Assembly (NCBI GenBank): GCA_964016885.1
Contig: OZ024746.1
Location: forward strand, 1,674,001-1,738,000
Reading direction: 5' to 3'
Length of the DNA stretch: 64,000 bases
From: Eledone cirrhosa
Taxonomy: Eukaryota
Both the position numbers and the translations under genes were made by a program. Below the pieces are notes generated by a model that saw only the letters and a list, made by a program, of their open reading frames with translations, was not told the origin of the DNA and ran no database searches. Numbering within the stretch: the stretch's first letter is position 1; each line of letters starts with the position of its first letter. Below are positions 46,640 through 59,871 of this stretch, piece after piece.

Positions 46640-46945
46640 ATTGGGGGGGGGGGGGGGAGCTGGGATAAAATAGATTATTTGTTTTGTTGTTAGCAGCAGG
46701 ACTTGCTTGCTTACTCTTAATTCTAATTTTAGACCCTTAATTCTAATTATAACTCTAATTTTAAACCTAGTTCTAACCCTAATTCCAACCCTACTTCTAC
46801 CCCTAAGTTACTAGACGGATTCGAACCATCGACCTAACAAACGGCAGTCCTCTGCTCTACCTACTGATCTATCTACTGTCTTGTTGATTCCCACTGGATT
46901 TAACACATATATAAGTATTATTCATCTATAAGTATTATTCGTATA
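46640..46945. mobile_element. Repeat with degenerate (TAACCC)-like tract and a tRNA-Tyr-derived segment (46810-46875, -); homologous pieces at 49630-49740 (inverted) and 49880-50065
   Basis: Second copy, minus strand: gatagctcagtaggtagagcagaggactgtag...ttaggtcgatggttcaaatcc. The acceptor stem does not pair. Confidence 0.55.
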
Positions 46946-46946
46946 T

Positions 46947-47590
46947 GGAAAAAATGAAACGAAATTTCATTTCTCACTCTTAGTACGGCTGTTACTTAAA
47001 TATAAGTATGTATGTATTTATACGTACATACATATATGTATACAGACGTACAGTAGTATGTATATATATATACATACATGCACACATATATATATGTACG
47101 TATGGATTCACCAAACATTTATTATAATGCTTGGTGTGTTTGCAAACAAACATCCCGAATTAAACCGTACAGTGTCTAGCAACCATCGTTGCTCATTTGT
47201 TCAACACTGACAAAGGAATGCTGTACTAGTTTCAAGCTTATTAGCTATCGTCAGCAACGTATACCTTCCTGCCAGATGGTTGAATGTCTGAAAGTATATA
47301 CGTCTGAAAATATATACTTTCCTTATGCATATTAACGGCTGAGCAGCCTAATTTGCATATCGAGTGAGTTAATCGGCCGGGGTACCGAAAACGATAAACG
47401 GAAAAAATGAAACGAAATTTCATTTCTCACTCTTAGTACGGCTGTTACTTAAATATAAGTATGTATACGTACATACATATATGTATACAGACGTACAGTA
47501 GTATGTATATATATATATACATACATGCACACATATATATGTACGTATGGATTCTCCGAACATTTATTATAATGCTCAGTGTGTTTGTAT
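46947..47590. repeat. ~190 bp direct repeat (46947-47142 and 47400-47588)
   Basis: gaaaaaatgaaacgaaatttcatttctcactcttagtacggc...gtgtgtttg occurs twice. Confidence 0.85.
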
Positions 47591-48419
47591 AAATATAAAT
47601 ATATATAATATAAAACCAAAAATCAGTGATGCATCTGAACTCTATTGTGTGTTACAGCGGACAGCTCGAGACGCGACCATTGTGGGGATCTGACTGATTC
47701 TGGATCTGCAGGTTCGACGGACACGTCTAATGATTTCGGAGCAAATTCTCTCACTGGGGTGTTAGTGTCAAAAACATCCTCTTTGTATGTCCTGTTATTG
47801 GCTGCTGTTTTTCTACGTCATAATTCTGACCACAGGTGGTATTCGACTGACCAACAGGTGTCGTGTTTCTGCCACACTTCGATGAATTACTACTGGGTTT
47901 GGTAGTTGACACGTCCACACACACACACACACACACGCACACACACACACGCACACACAATCAATCACAGAGATAACAACATCCGTATGCATAGACTCCC
48001 ACTATACACACACACTTAAGGAGAATATATAAAGAAACTATAGACATATGCATACACAGACGCCTGCCTACATGCCCATATACACCAACACACACACATG
48101 CATACGCATATATATACTCATATACACAAACATATACAGACATATACATAGACACCCCACCCCACCCCTTTATCCCCCATGCACACGCACATACACACAC
48201 GTGTCCATATATACAGGCACAGATACAGACTCGCTCACAAACACACACACACACACATATATTTATATATAATATATATACACACAAACAACCCCTTTCC
48301 CTACATTGGGTGCTTGTACACACACACACACACACACTGGCTCATATACACTTTTACAAATATGTGCATATTCACATACAGGCCCACACACGCCTACAAA
48401 GATATATTAGCTTCGAAGA

Positions 48420-48910
48420 CAAGTTATGGGAGAGGAGGGACACACCCGACAGATATTACTATGGAGTCGAGTGACTCTCTTTTCAGAGAGGTGTATCCTC
48501 TTGAGGTTGAGAGAATACTTTAATTATCTCCTAAACCCAATCACAACAGCTTCTTCTGATGTACACAAGGTGCATCTGAGAGCAGTGACTAATCTCTCAG
48601 AGAGTGAGGTCACAAGAGCAGTTAAGGAGCTCAAATGTGGCAAGGCTACTGGGGAGGATGAAATCCAGTCCGAGATGTTAAAAACCTTAAACAGAGAAGG
48701 TATTCTCTGGTTGACATGTGTATGCCAGGTGGCCTGGAACTGGAAAGGCACCTAAGCAATGGCAATCAGGAGCGATAATCCCAATTTTCATAAAGGGAGA
48801 TCATTCCAATTACAGAGGGATCTCCATGTTAAGCCTCCACAGTAAAGTCTATAAGTGTCTGGCAAACAGATACAGGGATACTGACTAGTCCAAGCTAACT
48901 GATGAAGTTC
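48420..48910 (+). pseudogene. Decayed RTE fragment (linker and start of RT)
   Basis: REYFNYLLN, EVTRAVKELKCGKATGEDEI, YRGISMLSL. Confidence 0.8.
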
Positions 48911-50150
48911 TGTAAGGCCGGGGTTGTGATGGCGAGGCTAAGGCACTGAAACAACCAAGCACCATCACAGGCATCATCTGACACAGTGGCAGACTAAGTC
49001 TAAAAATATTGGTTGCCAGGAGAGAAAGGGGCCCACCCACCTATAGAATGCTATCATTTAATTTTTATAGTGAATAAATAACATTTTCAAAAAATACATA
49101 AGTGGAAACAAAACAGTGCAATCAAATTTCTGAGAAATTAATGTATATTTTTTTTACTAATTAAAGTGTATATATACTGTACATATTACTGGCAGTATAC
49201 AGTAATACCAAATGTAAATACAGAATATTATAATTGAATTTTAAAATAATTGTGAATGTATAGTATACTGTTATTTTGAAAAATTTTAACCAAACTGAAA
49301 ATAAAGTCCTATAAATCAATTTCAATATTTTTAATGAAGACTTTTTACTGTCAAAGAGATAACTATGCTTTCTTATCACGGCATTGCAGTCAATACCACA
49401 TCTTCATACATATACATTTGTTTCTTTGCTTTTTACAAAGGAGATTTCTTTCAAACAACTTGTATATATCATATTGTTTTGTTTTTTTTATTAAACATAC
49501 ACATGCCAAGAATTCTATCACCACCAATTAAATTGCTCCAGCCCCTCTAAAAATAATGGATAAATTTACATGGTTTTGATTTCTTAAACTTTTAATATTT
49601 TACATCCTTCTATTATTCGGTTTCCCTGCTAGGGTTAGAACTAGGGTTAAAATTATAATTAAGGGTCTAAAGTAAGTCCCGCTGACAACAACAACAACCA
49701 AACAAATAGTCTATTTTATACCAGTCCCCCCCTCCCCCTAAATCTCATCTCTCTTGTCTTCATTTTTCTTCAACTATCGTCATCCTTATCTGCCTTGGTC
49801 AAAAACACAATACCTGCTCAAAGAATCCAACTTATAGCCTTATGGCCATGAGTCGAACACCCTGAGCGCAAAACTAATTAATTCCAACCCTTAATTCTAA
49901 ACCTCAATTCCAACCCTTAATCCTAACCCTAAGTTACTAGATGGATTTGAACCATCGACCTAACAAACTACAGTCCTCTGCTCTACCTACTGAGCTATCT
50001 TCTGTCTTGCTGATTACCACCGGATTTAACACATATATAACTATTATTCATCTATACGTATTATATATATACATATTATATATATATATATATATATATA
50101 TTATGGAATACTGTTAGCTTCTCGCTACAACAATTTCTATACTTTTCATT

Positions 50151-50174
<24 letters not shown>

Positions 50175-50181
<7 letters not shown>

Positions 50182-50777
50182 GGATACTATTTATGGTTAT
50201 GTATATACTAAAACTTTTTATAGTTATATATATTTTAAACCCTAAACAGTGAAAGACAGTAATTTATTACTACCTTATTACCAGTAAGATAAATAGCTCA
50301 ATGTAATAACATCAGTTGTTCTACAGAGCAGTTATATAGAATTCACAAGAATCAAAGCTATGTTCAAAGCATTTATTCACTTACAATTGTTTCATCCAAA
50401 CCTAGGCTTGGAGTCTTCGGAGCATTTTTCAATGTTTGTACACATAATTGACCTCCTTTCCAACACAAGAGACATACAGATACATATGTATATATTGATG
50501 TACAGTGGAGTGACATATATTATATTATATTATTTCTGTATAGCAATTCAAATTCAAAATGATTTTGAATTTGAATTGCTATACAGAAATAATATAATAT
50601 AATATAGGCACTCCACTGTACATCAATATATGTATCTGTATGTCTCTTGCGTTGGAAAGGAAGTCAAGTATGTGTACAAACATTGAAAAATGCTCCGAAG
50701 ACTCCAAGCCTAGGTTTGGATGAAACAATTGTAAGTGAATAAATGCTTTGAACATAACTTTGATTCTTGTGAATTCT
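50175..50777 (-). mobile_element. Penelope-like palindromic remnant, same family as 16848-17596 (arms 50338-50560 / 50562-50777, plus tail)
   Basis: ~220 bp arms, 1-nt spacer, homologous tail and hammerhead. Confidence 0.8.
50691..50737 (+). ncRNA. Minimal hammerhead, U4C core (mirror copy 50378-50424, - strand)
   Basis: tgct-CCGAAGA-c-tccaagcc.ta.ggtttgga-t-GAAAC-aatt-GTA-agtg. Confidence 0.72.
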
Positions 50778-50792
50778 CTCTCTCTCTATATA

Positions 50793-50837
<45 letters not shown>

Positions 50838-51679
50838 TATATATATATATATAATATAATATATATATATATTATATAGGAATGAAAAATGGCATGCTGC
50901 ATTGTTGCGAATGTGATACATATGAATTAAAAAATAGAGCAAGAAACCAGGACTATCCGTCATCAGTGATCTTCTGGCCATCATTGGTATTTCTTCACAT
51001 TAAAGACCAGATACCTCAAGCCTCAAGGTTAGAACCTCAAGCTTTGTTCACTTTGGACGCCTGGCCCTTGATCTGCTACGGCCCTCTCCCGATTCTCAGA
51101 GTGTTCTTCCGCCGGCACGATGGTCTCCCCTCCGCCACTCGTTCCCTCCTGGCATTGGATTGTGTCCCCTTCCGCGGGCGTGGCGGCCGGCTTGTTGTTG
51201 GAAGGCCAGTCCCCGAGGGGTCCTCCACAGTTGACAGTCGATGTTCCCAATCTTTACCGCGTTGGTTTTGGCCATGTAGTCAGCCATGCTGGTTCGAGGG
51301 TTTCTTATACCTTAAAGAAACCCTCTTATGAAAAACTGTTCTGTTAACGATGGCTATATCAATCTATTGGAATGGTCAGATTACCTATTCTTCAGTTTTG
51401 AAACTGCAGTAAGGGAAATTAGTGAAGCCTCCTTTCTTCAGGTCTCTTGACTGAGAATATGTCCCTAAGATATTTCTACTCTATTGAGATTTACCCCTTC
51501 GTGAGTTTATATATGTTACAGCTCACACATGTACAAATTTATTTGATCTTCTACAAGATTTCATGAGGTTTACTACATGTTATAATGATAGGGGCTTCCA
51601 GTCGTATATCTTCACAGATGAGATGATGTATCAAGATTTATAAAATAATAATAATAATAGTTTCTTTAATAATAATAAT

Positions 51680-51845
51680 AATAATTGTTTCTACTTTAGG
51701 CACAAGGCCAGCAATTACCCAGTGCATTACTGGTACTTTATTCTATCGACCCCGTAAGGATGAAAGGCAAAGTCAACCTCGGCGGGATATGAACTCAGAT
51801 CGTAAAGGGACGTAACTATGCTGGAAAGCATGGCGTCCGACCCTT
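51680..51845 (-). mobile_element. SINE family A
   Basis: Same body motifs as the other family A copies. Confidence 0.85.
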
Positions 51846-52284
51846 CATTGTGTACAGTGCTCAGGTGCACTAGAATATATGTTCTATATGTATTTGCATC
51901 TCTAAATGAGACTTTTTTTTAGCAATCTCTGTTCATTGAGATGAATATTCATGACAAATTTAATTATGTATAATAAGTTAGCTGGTATCTGGAAGATACG
52001 GGGTTCAATTCCTCAGCGGCCAATGGCAACTTCTTTCTCCATCTTTTAACGGTCTTCACCCAATATTATAAACTATCTTTATAGCATTTCTGCACTTGAG
52101 CAATTTCTTTATACTTTTATATATATTGAGGGAGCGTAATGTGCAGTTACTGTAGGTTCACCCGGGTGAGCACTCGAGATCTACCAATGAACTTTCGATT
52201 CCAGAGTTGGACCTGATCGAACGTTGAGCTGATCAATAGTGAAACGCGTGTCACCAATCAATAAACGTAATGAAGACATAACAA

Positions 52285-52475
52285 ATCGGTGGATTGGCAG
52301 TATCAGTGGAGGGTCGGATGCCATGCTTTGCAGCTTAGAGTTACGCCCTTTTACAGTCTGAGTTCAAAATCCCACCAAGGTTAACTTTACCTTTCATCCT
52401 TATGGGGTCGATAAAATAAAGTACCAGTAATGCACTGGGAGGATTACTGGCCTTGTGCCAAAAGTAGAAACAATT
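52285..52475 (+). mobile_element. SINE family A
   Basis: Same body motifs as the other family A copies. Confidence 0.85.
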
Positions 52476-52483
52476 ATATATAT

Positions 52484-52755
52484 AAGCTGTTAATTATCAA
52501 CATATGTTTCACCAGGCTAAATATGAACATTCTTGTTAAACCCAGCTCATCGGTATCTCTAAACATTTAAATTAACATTAAGACTAGCAATAGCTATATA
52601 GTCAATAGCAGCCGCGCTAAATTATGATGCACAACTGAAGGTAATATTTTCTAATTCAAATATTTATAAATCCCAATGATCTGGGTTTATCAACAATGTC
52701 CACATTTAGCCTGGCAAAACATATGTCAATCAATTTAATATATAATTAACAGCTT
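52484..52755. mobile_element. Older PLE-like palindrome with decayed hammerheads (52496-52557 -, 52670-52731 +)
   Basis: Minus strand: CCGATGA-gctggg...cctggt-GAAA-catatg-TT. The inverted arms are imperfect. Confidence 0.55.
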
Positions 52756-52764
52756 TTGTTGTTT

Positions 52765-52806
<42 letters not shown>

Positions 52807-52950
52807 TCTGTGAGTGGACTGTAAACATTGGATCAACTTCAGATGCTCTACACACCTCACACCTACTGATTATCAACTCGTATTGGGCTTAAAGCTTACT
52901 TTGCAAAACATATAGTTGTCTTTTCAACTTGTCTGAACTTTATATATATA

Positions 52951-52990
<40 letters not shown>

Positions 52991-55687
52991 ACATATACAA
53001 TGTATCACAATCAATATAAATGAAGCCTTCCAGACTTTCAGAATACATTCCTTTATTTCAATATTCTACTGTGTTCTGATATATCTTTGTTCAGTGGTCT
53101 TTGAGAGAAGAATAGACATAAACAACAATAAACAAAATAGTTATTACAAAAACATAAAGTTAATGAAATACTTTATCTGGAATGGAATTTACCAAAGTAT
53201 AAACTTGAATATACATTACAGGAAGAAACATTGCAGTTAGTAAATTGGAAGAAAGATGAGAATCTGAGAAAAATAAGTAACATCTTGTGTTTAGGTGAAT
53301 TATGTTGAGTTGAGCACAATACTCTCATTCCTGGCTTATTTTATAACAATACATTAAAAAATACAGAACCTGTCAAATACCTGATACTTGTGTAAGGTTC
53401 TGTGAAGACTAGGTAGATATTCTATAACAGAGGCAACAGACACTGTTGTACAAGCATTTCTTCTCTTTTCTTTAATTTTTCTGTGTGTTTTTTTCTTCTT
53501 AAATCTTACAATTGTGAAAGTTATTACTTCTGACAGGAAAGTGAAACTAAAAACTACCAGTTCAAATTGATGCCAGGTGACAGTTGTAATGGCAAGAGAC
53601 TGGGTTATTATATAGAAATTTTATGTCAAAGTAAGACAATATCTTGAAATAATAAGCTACTACGGTGGTTTCATGGAGCATAAAAATAGGAACTTGGTCA
53701 AGCATAACAAAGTAAATAAAAAAAATATGAACAAAAACATAACACACAGAAAATATGTCTAAAATAAAAATAATTGAAACAGAAGGAAAACCAAGTTTGA
53801 AAGTGGAATCTGATAACAGAATATGATGTAAAATAACAAAAACTTAAAATCCAAAAATTTGTGGGTTTTTTTCTTTCTGTGTAATGAATAAAGAATATTA
53901 TCGGAATGAATTTTATAAAACAACAGAAGTCTTGTGGCAAAAGAGAAGATGCTGAGTTGAGAATTAGCTTTTAGGATTCTATGACAGAAAATATGAAAAT
54001 GAATACCAAGAATTATGAAAAATACAAAAAAATAATTATATATATTTATATATATACATTGACATTAACATTGACAGAAATCTAGGAGAGAAAAATATGA
54101 AAGCTCTGTACCTTTAGGATTAGTCATATGTCAAGTTCCACTGGGACATAATTAGTAGCTTGTGGAACTTGAGACTAAAGAAAACAGATTTAACTTCAAA
54201 CTTTCATGTTACATTCAACATTTTCCAGTCTTTGTTGTCTCATATGATGGAGCCAAAACTCGTACAAAATACTTTTACAATGACTGAGTTAACTTAAAGA
54301 TCTGAAATATAAAAATAGTTAAAAGCCTATCCTCTCTAACAAAACTAAAAAAGAAAAGAAAATGCAACATTAATTTATTCCATATTGAAGACCAAACAGA
54401 GAATTGCTATTTTCTGAGACAACGGTGTTGTTGAAGATTTGATAGTTAATCATTTACTACTGACATTCCCCAAGACTGAACCAAGTATGTGAACATTGTG
54501 ATATGAAAGTCAGCTTTAGCAAGACAGGGGTGATGAAGGTTTACAGATCAAGTAATCTTAACACTGACTTCAAGAAGCCCAAACTGAAACTAATGAAAGA
54601 GTTCAAATACCTAAAGAGCATCTTCATTGACAATAGCAGAGAGAACAGAATGTAGCCCCAGAATGTAGGTCATGAAAGAACAGAGATTGAGACCAGAATG
54701 TAGATGAAGAGAGAACAGAGAGATTGGGATGAGAATATAGAAGGGCCAAGAGCATGAGCTACCAGACTGTCCCACTCTTGAAATATCCTAATAGAAAGCT
54801 AAGCTGATCAATTCAATCTTCATTCCCACATTGAGACTCGCATACCAATGCCAAAAACTGGACCCTGACTAAGCCTCGAGAATGCACAATAACCTGTGGT
54901 ATCCACAGCATGAGAAAAGCTACCAACAGGACTAGATGAAATAGGATTAACAACAACAAAATCAAGAAGATGGGGGGGGGGGGGGGGCAACACAAATCCA
55001 TTCTTATATACAACCACAGAATACTATGGTACAGACACATCATACATAGAACATAAAGACATAATGCTTACAACCACACGACATAGATTGATGGCATCAA
55101 AGGAATCCTAATATCACATGGACATCGTGCCAGGACAGGTCTTCCAACTTACCACAGAATAATGGCTCTTTCTTCTCACAGCACCTCCAGGAGTATAAGT
55201 GGAAAAATAAAAACACAATTGTGCAGTGTCTTTGTCAAAGTCACTGGAATATGGGACACAACCTGTATAAATTTAACATGAGGAGATACAATTCAGTCTT
55301 TTTAACTCTTTTCATATAAACCTGATACTAAAATAGAATCGACAGTTGATTCTACAACACACAACCATCTGTTTTAATTATCAATTTTGTCACAACACAG
55401 ATATTTCCAAACTTCACATCAATTAATTCACTAATGCAATCAATAGATTAAAAATATGAAAATTATATAAATAATTACTTGAGGGACTTTCAGAGAAAGT
55501 TTTGACATTTTGAAATTGGAAAGATTCATATTTTATAAATGTAAATAACTTCAAAGATTTTTCTCTGATGGTCAGAGATATTATGGAAGCATTTGGAATG
55601 CTAAAGTATTTAATACATATATTTACAAATACATTGATTTAAGTGTACATGTTCATACATAAATACACACAACAGTATATACAATAA

Positions 55688-56082
55688 TGATTGTTTCTAC
55701 TTTTGGCACAAGGCCGTAAAGGGCCGTAACTCTATGCTGCAAAGCATGGCGTCCGACCCTCTACTGATACTGCCAATCCACCACACTGTATATACAAGGC
55801 CAGCATTTACCCCAGTGTATTATTGTACTTTATTTTATCGACTCCGTAAGGATGAAAGGCAAAGTTAACCTCGGCGGGATTTGAACTCAGAATGGCAAGG
55901 GCCGTAACTCTATGCGTCAAAGCAGGACGTCCAACCCTCTACCGATACTGCCAATCCACCGCCCTATTGTATATACAATAATTGTTTCTACTTTAGGCAC
56001 AAGGCCAGCAATTACCCAGTGGATTACTGGTACTTTATTTTATCGACCCCGTAAGGATGAAAGGCAAAGTCAACCTCGGCGG
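55688..56082 (-). mobile_element. Three tandem or partial SINE family A copies
   Basis: Repeated ttgtttctacttt.ggcacaaggcc and ggatgaaaggcaaagt blocks. Confidence 0.8.
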
Positions 56083-56609
56083 TATATACAATAATAATGA
56101 TTTCTTATATTGGCACAGAAGAACACAGATTTATAGAGGAAGAATATAGTTGATAGAATCACTATGACTGATACTGGTTTAATCAATATAGTTGATAGAA
56201 TCACTATCAATTCACAAAAGAGGAAAGGTGTAACAATGACAAGGTTTCAATTCAGAATATAGAATACCAGGCATTTAGCTGAGTACTTTACTACTTCTGC
56301 TGCTACAACTTTGCCATCTCATTAATAAAAACAATAAAAATTAACATGATATGTAAAGATATATTCTTTTACTTAAAATAATTTACTGTTGGCACTGTTG
56401 CTTTGCCAGAGATGGGGTCTTTAGACTTGCTTATGCTTCAATTTTGGTATTTGCAGCACATTTAAATTCAGTGAACCACTTGGCTGGAAAATAATGTTTT
56501 TCTTTCAAAATATTGAAGAAGTAAAAGAAGACATTGTAAATGGGAGATACCAAAATATCTTAAACAATTGAATTCCTTCAAATCTATAAAGATGATGTGT
56601 GATGAGATT

Positions 56610-56842
56610 GGGATGGTGGTGGTGGTGGTGGTGGTGGTATGGCAGTGGTGATATGGTAGTGGTGGTAGTTGTGGTGGTGTGGTGGTGGTGGTATGGCGGT
56701 GGTATAGTAGTGGTGGTATGGTAGTGGTGGTGGTTGTGGTGGTGTGGTGGTTGTGGTGGTGTGGTGGTGGTGGTGGTTGTGGGTGATGGTAGTAGTAGAA
56801 GCAGGTGGGTGATAGTGGTGGTGGGTGGGTGGTGGTAGTGAC
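56610..56842. repeat. (GGT)n/(AGT)n degenerate microsatellite
   Basis: Directly visible. Confidence 0.9.
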
Positions 56843-57008
56843 AGAGGTAGGAGGGGGTGTGATACATTATGAAAATCAAGTGAAAATGTTTCCCAGTTAA
56901 CACACAATATCAGTTTACAAGTAACGTAAGTACAACTCTTCAGTTTCAGAAATATACTCACACACACACACATATATATACATATACATATATATATATA
57001 TATATTAT

Positions 57009-57223
57009 AAAAATTATAAAAAATAAACAAAGAGGCCTTCAATACATCAAAAGTCTTTATTAGCCAACAATGTTGGCTAATAAAGACTTTTGATGTATTA
57101 AAGGCCTCTTTGTTTATTTTTTATAATTTTTCGGCTGTTATATTACATTGAGCTATATCTTATACTGTCATTTCTATAATACGACGAGTGTGTTTAACTC
57201 CAACGCACTCTAGTATTTTAATT

Positions 57224-57228
<5 letters not shown>
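57009..57228 (+). mobile_element. Short palindrome (57009-57131) plus a tail related to the 16848/50175 PLE family
   Basis: 61 bp arms. The tail contains ttacattgagcta, as in the 17460 and 50295 tails. Confidence 0.6.
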
Positions 57229-57274
<46 letters not shown>

Positions 57275-57277
<3 letters not shown>

Positions 57278-57634
57278 GGAGGTGAGTTTTATTGTAGTAC
57301 AATAAAGCAATGCAGATATTGGATAAGAAGCACTCTACAGTTTGTAGGACTGGAGTATACATAATATAAGATCAAAAGATGGTTAAAGGAGTTCCATGTA
57401 TTTTATTATGCGCATTTCAAAAACAAACATCATCATGCAATAATATTTGTGTTTTCATCAGATAAAACAGGATAATATGTTGATTTAAAACTGCACTATC
57501 CACAAGTGTTTTTTAGCCTTCATATCATGTTCTCCTGTTTTATCTGATGAAAACACAAATATTATTGCATGATGATGTTTGTTTTTGAAATGCGCATAAT
57601 AAAATACATGGAACTCCTTTAACCATCTTTTGAT

Positions 57635-57641
<7 letters not shown>
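57275..57641 (-). mobile_element. PLE-like palindromic remnant (arms 57364-57472 / 57533-57641, plus tail)
   Basis: ~109 bp perfect inverted repeat, a hammerhead in each arm, flanked by (TA)n. Confidence 0.78.
57538..57604 (+). ncRNA. Type I hammerhead (mirror copy 57401-57467, - strand)
   Basis: ttttat-CTGATGA-aaacacaaat...gtttgttttt-GAAA-tgcgca-TA-ataaaa. Palindromic ATGCGCAT. Confidence 0.8.
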
Positions 57642-57710
<69 letters not shown>

Positions 57711-58092
57711 TGGTTGTACAGTTGTACAGTAAAGATGATTCATTAAGATTGATATCATCAGATTGCAAGCATCAACGAAATAGAGTTTATCCAAGACGTA
57801 CACACTGTTGAGTGGTTTCTGATAGGGGGGGGGGGGGGGGGGGGGGGCATCCAGTCATAGAAATCTTGCCAAACAAAATGTTTGGAAGACCCTCAGTTGT
57901 GTCAAAGGCATGACAACCTCTCCTGAGCACTCAATGGAATGTGAGATCGTACATAAGCACAACAGACCCCTGGCTTGCCTGAGAGATCAGTGGCCCCACT
58001 TCAGTATGGACTTGTTCTATATAGACACATCCAACCCTTGCTAGCAGGGAAAGTAGATCTTAAAACGACAATGATGATGATGTGTGTGAATG

Positions 58093-58132
<40 letters not shown>

Positions 58133-58392
58133 TCATGCAAGACTGGAAAAAAAAGGATGTGTGTCCATGCTTCTGATTAGGTTAGTGTCTGCATCTTTGT
58201 TTATTTGCCATGACTTAGCAGTTGGACAAAAAGAGAGAATGGCCATTGTCTAATGATGGAAACAAATAAAAGAATAAACTACATATATATTATATATGAG
58301 GGGGGGGGGGGTCTATTCTTTTTGTAATTGCCTGTCACATGTCCCATTCCATTTATTTTAGATACTACCAGACATATGTGTTCATTTTAGTG

Positions 58393-58422
<30 letters not shown>

Positions 58423-58424
<2 letters not shown>

Positions 58425-58605
58425 AGTTTATCTCAGGTTCAATTGGGGGTAACCACAGTAAGTAAGGTACTCAATACAAAGCAGAGTATAAATATTTAAC
58501 ATAGAAAAAGCTTCTACAGGACTAGAACTGTTTCATCTTGATGATTTCTCCCGAATGAAACAGTTCTAGTCCTGTAGAAGCCTTTTCTATATTAAAACCA
58601 ATTCT
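58423..58605. repeat. Palindrome (58501-58536 / 58555-58590) in a TA-flanked island
   Basis: 36 bp arms, with only a partial GAAAC hammerhead-like half. Confidence 0.6.
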
Positions 58606-58761
58606 AATATATATATATATATATATTTAAGTACATCATATACATATATAAGTGTCTATATCATATACATACATAAGAATTTGTGTTTTAAAGTTGAAGG
58701 GACATATAAAGTGCCTTCACACACACACACACACAATTAGTTTTTCAATTCTTCATTATTT

Positions 58762-58890
58762 TTAGTGTTGAGCATTTAGTCGTTCCATATGTTGCGAGGA
58801 TATCTCGGCACCTTTGGTGTCTCCAAGTTGAATCTGAGCCATCATCAAATGGTACCAGAAAGCAGTCATGTTTGGTTCCAATTCAATACC
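58762..58890 (-). CDS. Probable terminal exon of a TPR-repeat protein
   Basis: ttgcag acceptor, then GIELEPNMTAFWYHLMMAQIQLGDTKGAEISSQHMERLNAQH*, which fits a TPR pattern (LEP...WY.L..A...LG....A). Upstream exons are not in the window. Confidence 0.55.
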   Translation of the reverse strand, partial: GIELEPNMTAFWYHLMMAQIQLGDTKGAEISSQHMERLNAQH

Positions 58891-59089
58891 CTGCAATAAA
58901 TTAACAGACTTGGTTAACAATTTATCTTATATATAAATACATGTATGTAAACATGATATTATGAATAGCAAAGGGTGAGGTTAAAATATCTGTTATCAAT
59001 GGACTCATCCATCTGTTCAAAGGGCATGGGTGGTGGGGAGTTTTAGTGGGAGGAAGGGGCTCATGGATGGGTCAGTTCATATTGTATGC

Positions 59090-59650
59090 TTCTGGCCAGA
59101 TCATCATCATAGCATAGTGCCAGCCCTCTCAATCCTTTGTCATCTTAGTTGTGAGGCTTAGTTTCTTAAGGCTGCTACCTCATCCCATGTCTTCCTGCAT
59201 CTACTTTTTCCTCAGGTTCTAGCCACTGGGATAGCTCTGCATTTCTTTATGCAGCTGCTATCCTCCATAAACATCACATGTCCATACCAAAGCAATCTTC
59301 TCTCATACACATTACATCCAATTCCTTTTATACCAAGTTTTCCTCTCAGTTAGCTTATGTTATGTAGTTCATGCACACTAACATTGCACATCGATCAGAG
59401 CATACTCACTTCATTTCTCTCCAGCCGTCACAAGTCTTCTGCAGTCAAAGCCCATGTTCCACTGCCATCAGGCACCATACAGTCTACCCTTCACTCTGAA
59501 TGAGAAGCCTTTGTTGTCAGTAGAGGTATTAGCTCTTTAAATTTCTTCCAGCCTATTCTGATCCTGGCTATTGCAACTCCAGTGTATCCTCCCTCACAAC
59601 TAATAGTTGTTTACAATTTCTAAGGAGCCTCCCTGGTAGCTGAAGGAATC
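59090..59650 (-). pseudogene. Decayed RTE 3' fragment
   Basis: The minus strand encodes RIGWKKFKEL and ERRLLWYG-like motifs. Confidence 0.75.
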
Positions 59651-59871
59651 TACTACACATACATACAGAGTAAGCCATTTATTATAGTCATTGATAACAA
59701 TATCAAATGGTTATTTTCATCAAAATTAGTCACAAACTGAGTTAAATTAATTAAAAATTATTTGCTTATTAGAATTAACGGTCTATCTGCTGTTTAATGT
59801 TATCATATGGTTATTGTTATCAAAATAGTAGTATTCCAAAATGAAGCACAATAAACTGCTTCCACACTCTA

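Noticed and set aside
47640-47915. Coding-looking segment
   Set aside because: No recognisable domain or splice sites; probably a TE fragment.
49936-50002. Functional tRNA-Tyr gene
   Set aside because: The acceptor and anticodon stems do not pair, and the sequence is embedded in a repeat.
50945-50975. CTGATGA on the minus strand
   Set aside because: No downstream GAAA or stem III.
56505-57042. His/Thr/Pro-rich ORFs
   Set aside because: Translation of the (GGT)n microsatellite.
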